A DNA stretch of 64,000 nucleotides, from the NCBI GenBank assembly GCA_965215565.1, contig CBDCDZ010000004.1:4192001-4256000 (forward strand). The letters are read 5' to 3'. The stretch is from Trueperaceae bacterium. GTDB taxonomy: Bacteria; Deinococcota; Deinococci; Deinococcales; Trueperaceae. The position numbers and the translations under genes are program-made. Positions within the stretch are counted from its first letter, which is position 1. Every line of letters starts with the position of its first letter. The notes below the pieces were generated by a model. It was not told the DNA's origin. It did not search any database and worked only from the letters and a program-made list of their open reading frames with translations. Below, piece by piece: positions 59,627 to 64,000 of this stretch.

Positions 59627-59947
59627 ATGAGACCTTCGCAAGACATCCTGAGAACTGCCTGCCGCGCAGGTAGAGGGGCGTTCTTCGCGTTTCTGCTGAC
59701 CTCGGCGCTCTTCGCCTCGCCCTTTTTGGCGGCGCAGCAGGATTTCGGACATACGCACCCAGAAGGCACGCCGCCGCATGTCCACGGCGTCTCGAGCGTC
59801 TTAGGTCACACACTTGTTACACCTGTCGTCACCTCCGTAGCGGTCAGCTTCGCGGTTATCTTTGTCTTATCTCTTACCTACACCTCTTTAGTTCTAGCTC
59901 CCCCTAGAAACCCCGCTCACGGGGTTCGCGCGCCACCTTTTGCTTAG
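59627..59947 (+). CDS. Putative DUF2946-like leader/arrest peptide ending RAPP
   Basis: N-terminal hydrophobic segment, HTHPEGTPPHVH, C-terminal ...HGVRAPPFA*; directly upstream of copC. Confidence 0.7.
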   Translation: MRPSQDILRTACRAGRGAFFAFLLTSALFASPFLAAQQDFGHTHPEGTPPHVHGVSSVLGHTLVTPVVTSVAVSFAVIFVLSLTYTSLVLAPPRNPAHGVRAPPFA

Positions 59948-60127
59948 CGTTTGACAGAGTCACACCTCTTTTTTAGTTTTCCACCTCTTGTGGACGACTC
60001 GAGCAACTCGAGCCTGTTCATAGATGTTGAGCCAGTGGAATAAGGTGTGAGGCTAGTCCCCGAGCTTCTCTAAGCTCGACTATCTTTACTCACCTCTTCT
60101 AATTCTAAGCAGAAGGAGTTTCATTCG

Positions 60128-60592
60128 ATGAAACGCATTTTCTTCGCGCTGATTCTATGCGGCGCGGCTTTCGGGGTGGCGTCGGCGCACGCCTATCTCG
60201 AGACTTCAAACCCTGCGACGGGCGCAACCTTACAAGCTGCACCCGAGCAAATCGTCCTGAATTTCAGTGAGCCTTTGGAGCTGCGCTTCAGCACCTTCAA
60301 AGTCGCCCCTCTGGAAACGGACGCCGCCGACCCGCGTGAGATCAAACTTGCCGCTATGGACCTTGTGGAAGAGGTTGTGGGAACAGACGAGGTGCAGTTA
60401 GAGGTGGACGTGCTCACCTCGGAGCGCACCGCTAAAGAGGTTGTGCTCGGACTGCCCGACCTCGCACCTGGCACGTACGTCGTCATGTGGCGGCTCCTCT
60501 CCACCGACACGCACACCTCGGACGACTTCGTCACCTTCACCGTCTCACCTGACGCGAATACATCTAGCACGGATACGTCCGCAGGGAATTAG
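60128..60592 (+). CDS. copC: Copper resistance protein CopC
   Basis: Signal peptide then HAYLETSNPA; LNFSEP; GTYVVMWRLLSTDTH. Confidence 0.88.
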   Translation: MKRIFFALILCGAAFGVASAHAYLETSNPATGATLQAAPEQIVLNFSEPLELRFSTFKVAPLETDAADPREIKLAAMDLVEEVVGTDEVQLEVDVLTSERTAKEVVLGLPDLAPGTYVVMWRLLSTDTHTSDDFVTFTVSPDANTSSTDTSAGN

Positions 60593-61536
60593 TGCTCGCG
60601 CTCGTCAAAGCGAGCTTGCTCTTGGGCGCGGTGCTGCTGATTGGCGCGGGCGTCTTCGGACGTTTCGTCGCGCCGGAGCTGCGCGAAGAGGTCCGAACGC
60701 CGCTCCGTTGGGGCGTTCTGACGGGTGCAGCCGTGCTCCTTATCGGGAGCGCAGTGGACGTGACGAAGACCGTGAATAACGCGCTTGGCAGGCACGACGC
60801 CGCGTTTTTGCTCGAGTACATGCGCTTCACGCGCCACGGCAACGCGGTGCTCGTGCGGCTCGGGCTCGTCGTCGTCGTCGCGTTTTTCACGCTCAGATGG
60901 GCAGCTCCGAACACCGCACCCTCGTTCGCGCGGCGAACCAATCACGCGCTCTACCTCGTCTCGAGCCTCGGCTTACTCGCTACCTTTAGCTGGACGAGTC
61001 ACGCGGCGACGATGGGCGGCACGCCCCCCTTGCTCGCGGACCTCGCGCACTTCGCGGCGGCGAGCGCGTGGTCCGGCGCAGTGCTCTACTTGGCGCTCGC
61101 GCCGGTGTGGGGGGAGGGGCAGCGGACGAAGTTGAACCGGGCGCTCGCTAGAGTGTCCGCGCTCGGCTTAGCGTGCGTCGCGCTTCTCTTCGTCACGGGC
61201 GGCTACACCTCTCTCATTCACCTGCAAAACCCCGAACGCTTCGCCCAGTCACCTTACGGTCAGGCGCTCATCTATAAGCTGCTGCTCGTCGCCGTTATTG
61301 TCGGGCTCGCAGCGTATAACCAGCTTTGGCTCCTGCCTGCTTCGCTCAAAGGAAAGCTTACGCGGCGCTTCAGACGGGTGATGAGGCTCGAGGCGCTGAC
61401 CCTCGTCGCCGTCTTTATCACCACGGGTGTTCTCACCACGAGCGCGGTGCCCCACGAACCCGGTGTTCAACCCACCGCATTAGAAAACCTCACGACCTTG
61501 CTGCGCTACTTAGGCGCATTCCTCAAAGGAGCTTGA
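60592..61536 (+). CDS. copD: Copper resistance/uptake membrane protein CopD
   Basis: SHA, HFAAASAWSGA, YGQALIYKLLL; 8-TM pattern; coupled to copC. Confidence 0.88.
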   Translation: MLALVKASLLLGAVLLIGAGVFGRFVAPELREEVRTPLRWGVLTGAAVLLIGSAVDVTKTVNNALGRHDAAFLLEYMRFTRHGNAVLVRLGLVVVVAFFTLRWAAPNTAPSFARRTNHALYLVSSLGLLATFSWTSHAATMGGTPPLLADLAHFAAASAWSGAVLYLALAPVWGEGQRTKLNRALARVSALGLACVALLFVTGGYTSLIHLQNPERFAQSPYGQALIYKLLLVAVIVGLAAYNQLWLLPASLKGKLTRRFRRVMRLEALTLVAVFITTGVLTTSAVPHEPGVQPTALENLTTLLRYLGAFLKGA

Positions 61537-61537
61537 C

Positions 61538-61969
61538 ATGACTACCCTCGCTAAGCTCGCCCTGACCCTTCTTTTCGCCCTCGGTGCGCTCGCCTTCGCG
61601 CACGAAACTCGTACCCTCGAGGCTGGCGACGGCGCGCAGTACGACGTGACCGTAGGATTGCTTAACGAGCCTATTTACAACACGGTGCGTACGGGTGTTG
61701 ACCTCATCATCCGCATGACGGCAGATGAAACGCCTGTGGAGAACCTGGAGAGCAGCCTTCAAGCCGACATCACCTCACCAGACGGCTCGGTAACTCGCAC
61801 CCTCACGCTCAGACCGCAGTACAATAAACCCGGTTACTACACTGCCGACCTCATGCTCGCTGAGCCTGGCACCTATGACGTGCGCGTGTACGGTATTATC
61901 GGCGAAATGGAGGTGGACGAGACCTACCCGCGCGAAGTCGCCGACATCAGCGAGATTCGCTTCCCGTGA
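61538..61969 (+). CDS. Secreted protein with mature N-terminal His (AFA|HET...), Ig-like
   Basis: Signal peptide; VGLLNEP, PGYYTA, PGTYDVR; inside the cop operon. Confidence 0.7.
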   Translation: MTTLAKLALTLLFALGALAFAHETRTLEAGDGAQYDVTVGLLNEPIYNTVRTGVDLIIRMTADETPVENLESSLQADITSPDGSVTRTLTLRPQYNKPGYYTADLMLAEPGTYDVRVYGIIGEMEVDETYPREVADISEIRFP

Positions 61970-62418
61970 TGAAAAACGTTTTCACTCTTCTGCTCTTCCT
62001 CAGCGTTAGCGCGGGTTTTTCTCACGCCGACCTGAAGAGCGCCACGCCTGGAAAAAACGCTGTCATAACTAAATTGTCTGGCGAAATCGTACTTAACTAC
62101 ACCGAAGCGGTAGAGGTTCGTTTCAGCACCTTCAAGGTTTACCCGCTCGAGGTCACGGGCGACTTGAACGAGCCGCAAGAGCGTCTGCGCATCAACGCCG
62201 CCGCTGCTGCGCTCATGAGTGAGGCGCTGGACGCAGAAGAGGACGAAGCGAGCCGCGCTGATATAGGCGTGCTGACCGAAGCGAGAACGTCGGACACGGT
62301 GACGCTTGGGCTTGCTGAACTAGGGTCCGGTTTCTACGTCGTGGTGTGGCGTGTCCTTTCGGCGGACACGCACACCACGACAGGTTCCTTTGTGTTCGAG
62401 TACGCTCCGAACGGGTGA
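61966..62418 (+). CDS. copC: Second CopC paralog
   Basis: HADLKSATP, EVRFSTFKVYPL, YVVVWRVLSADTH. Confidence 0.85.
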   Translation: MMKNVFTLLLFLSVSAGFSHADLKSATPGKNAVITKLSGEIVLNYTEAVEVRFSTFKVYPLEVTGDLNEPQERLRINAAAAALMSEALDAEEDEASRADIGVLTEARTSDTVTLGLAELGSGFYVVVWRVLSADTHTTTGSFVFEYAPNG

Positions 62419-62506
62419 GCTTAGTGGCAGAACCTCTGCACATCTCCGCGCGGTCCAGTTCAAAATCTCATATAGAGAGGAAGATACCTGTGAACATATT
62501 TACAGA

Positions 62507-63031
62507 GACGCGCTCACCACCTCCGAGCGGCTCGGCATGGACCTCTTCTTCAGTGAAAAGACCGAGTGCCACCACTGTCACGGCGGCTTCAACTTCACGC
62601 ACTCGGTCAAGCACCAGAACAACGCGCAGTTCGTGGAGAAGTCCTTTCACAACACCGGGCTCTACAACGTGGACGGTCAGGGCGCGTACCCGACGGGCAA
62701 TACGGGCGTGTTCGAGGTCACGGGCAAGCGCGAGGACCTGGGCAAGTTTCGCGCCCCGTCCCTGCGCAACGTCGAACTCACTGCGCCTTACTTCCACGAC
62801 GGCAGCGCCCAAACCTTGGAAGAGGTGGTGCGCTCCTACGAGGCGGGCGGGCGGCTTTTGGAGTCTGGCGACTTTGTAGGTGACGGGCGCGCGAACCCCA
62901 ACAAGAGCGGCTTTGTACGCGGCTTTTCATTGAACGACGAGGAACGGCAGGACTTGGTGAACTTTTTGAAAGCGTTGACGGACGAAGATTTCATCACGGA
63001 CGAGCGCTTCAGTGACCCCTTCGCGGAGTGA
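62507..63031 (+). pseudogene. C-terminal half of an MbnH-like di-heme cytochrome c peroxidase-family enzyme
   Basis: LFFSEKTECHHCHGG, FHNTGLY, GKFRAPSLRNVELTAPYFHDGS, GDGRANP; signal peptide and first heme domain absent. Confidence 0.8.
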
Positions 63032-63133
63032 GGTGTGATGGGGAGAGGGGAGCAATTTGCTCCCCATCTCCCTCTTCCCTCGAGCGTAGCCACAACCGTT
63101 ACCCCTCACCTTGCGATTCGGTAAGGTTTTCCT

Positions 63134-64000
63134 ATGGACACACCTCAGTTTGAAGCATCTGAAACTACGCCGACGATGAGCTACGCGAGAGCCCGCCTCT
63201 ACCTGGGTATTAGCTGTGTCGGCATGTGGACTGTGGTCTCAGCGCTGGCACTCCTTTTCCGCCTACCTGGACGCATCTTGTCCGAGAGTACGCTTTGGTC
63301 TCTCGCAGACGTCACGCAACTCGTGAGCGTCATCTTGCTCTACGCTTTTTTACAGGGGGCTTTTGACCTCTTCGGCGGCTTCGTCTTGCCGAAAGAATAC
63401 GGGCGCTACACGCCTACCTTGTCCGGCTTCTTGCTGCACTGGTTTCGCGGTGCGGCGCTGCACGGCGCACTCTTACTCCTCGTTGGTTTAATCCTCTTAG
63501 GGAGCGCGCGGCTCGGCGGTATTTGGCTAGCACTACTCGTCTTTTTGCTTTTGAACGTCGGCTTGATCTATGGACAAGGTCTGTTAGCGCGTCTCATCGG
63601 CGGACTCGGCGTTCGGCGGGAAGAGGATTACGCACTTCTACAGTCTCCTTATCCCCACCTCACGGGCGGCGTCGCGGGTTTCGACGCGGTGGTTCTCGTT
63701 CCGAAGAGGTGGCACGATATCTTTGATTCTGAAACCTTCAACCTCTTGGTAAAGCGCAAGCAAGAACTGATTAGAAGAGGCTCGAGGCGCTACGGTCTTT
63801 TCGCCGCCCTTCTCTGGAACACGCTCGGGTTCGTTTTAGCGTACATCGCAGCAGGTGGCACAGCGAGCGTCGCGGGCTTGGTCAGTTTCAGCCTCTGGTC
63901 CACGCTCTGGGCGTTCTTAGGCGTGCTTGTCTTACCGACGCTCTCGCGGCGGGCAGTGTTTCAAGGAGATGTGCTGGCGGTCTCGAGTGGTCAAGAAGCT
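63134..64000 (+). CDS. Membrane protein with M48/Ste24-like layout lacking HExxH (runs off the window)
   Basis: Open from ATG at 63134 to the window end (my translation); FDLFGGFVLPKEYGR, multiple TM helices, ETFNLLVKRKQE at the expected HExxH position. Confidence 0.7.
   Translation, partial: MDTPQFEASETTPTMSYARARLYLGISCVGMWTVVSALALLFRLPGRILSESTLWSLADVTQLVSVILLYAFLQGAFDLFGGFVLPKEYGRYTPTLSGFLLHWFRGAALHGALLLLVGLILLGSARLGGIWLALLVFLLLNVGLIYGQGLLARLIGGLGVRREEDYALLQSPYPHLTGGVAGFDAVVLVPKRWHDIFDSETFNLLVKRKQELIRRGSRRYGLFAALLWNTLGFVLAYIAAGGTASVAGLVSFSLWSTLWAFLGVLVLPTLSRRAVFQGDVLAVSSGQEA

Noticed and set aside
62351..62506. ORF-track N-terminus of the MbnH-like ORF
   Set aside because: Overlaps copC2 out of frame, with no signal peptide or heme motif; not homologous

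Overview
GC-rich bacterial chromosomal window, most likely Deinococcota (Truepera-like). The taxonomy is inferred from protein families, the dnaJ-hspR locus and many leaderless genes with a TAnnnT box 5-7 nt before the start codon. It is mostly housekeeping: dnaJ/hspR, ald, truB, hppA, trmH, csp, lipB/lipA, ppa, smpB, asnS, PBP1A, pdxT, crcB, proS, serS, gatC and tRNA-Leu(GAG). There are also envelope proteins and a copper-handling operon at the right end (YtkA/FixH-like, copC, copD, a His1 protein, a second copC, and a truncated MbnH-like gene). I found no CRISPR array, prophage or intact transposase. Main observations: (1) a small ORF ending in the ribosome-arrest motif RAPP directly upstream of copC, DUF2946/CruR/CutF-like but His-rich instead of CxxC; (2) a leaderless leader peptide with overlapping antiterminator/terminator upstream of proS; (3) a dispersed modular repeat family (13 copies) with a 75-78 bp inverted-repeat core showing compensatory changes, which nests into two other palindromic repeat families and supplies stop codons and promoter parts; (4) strong CTCGAG over-representation; (5) a low-GC HEPN/MauJ-like gene, a decayed DUF433 antitoxin, and two apparent pseudoenzymes.
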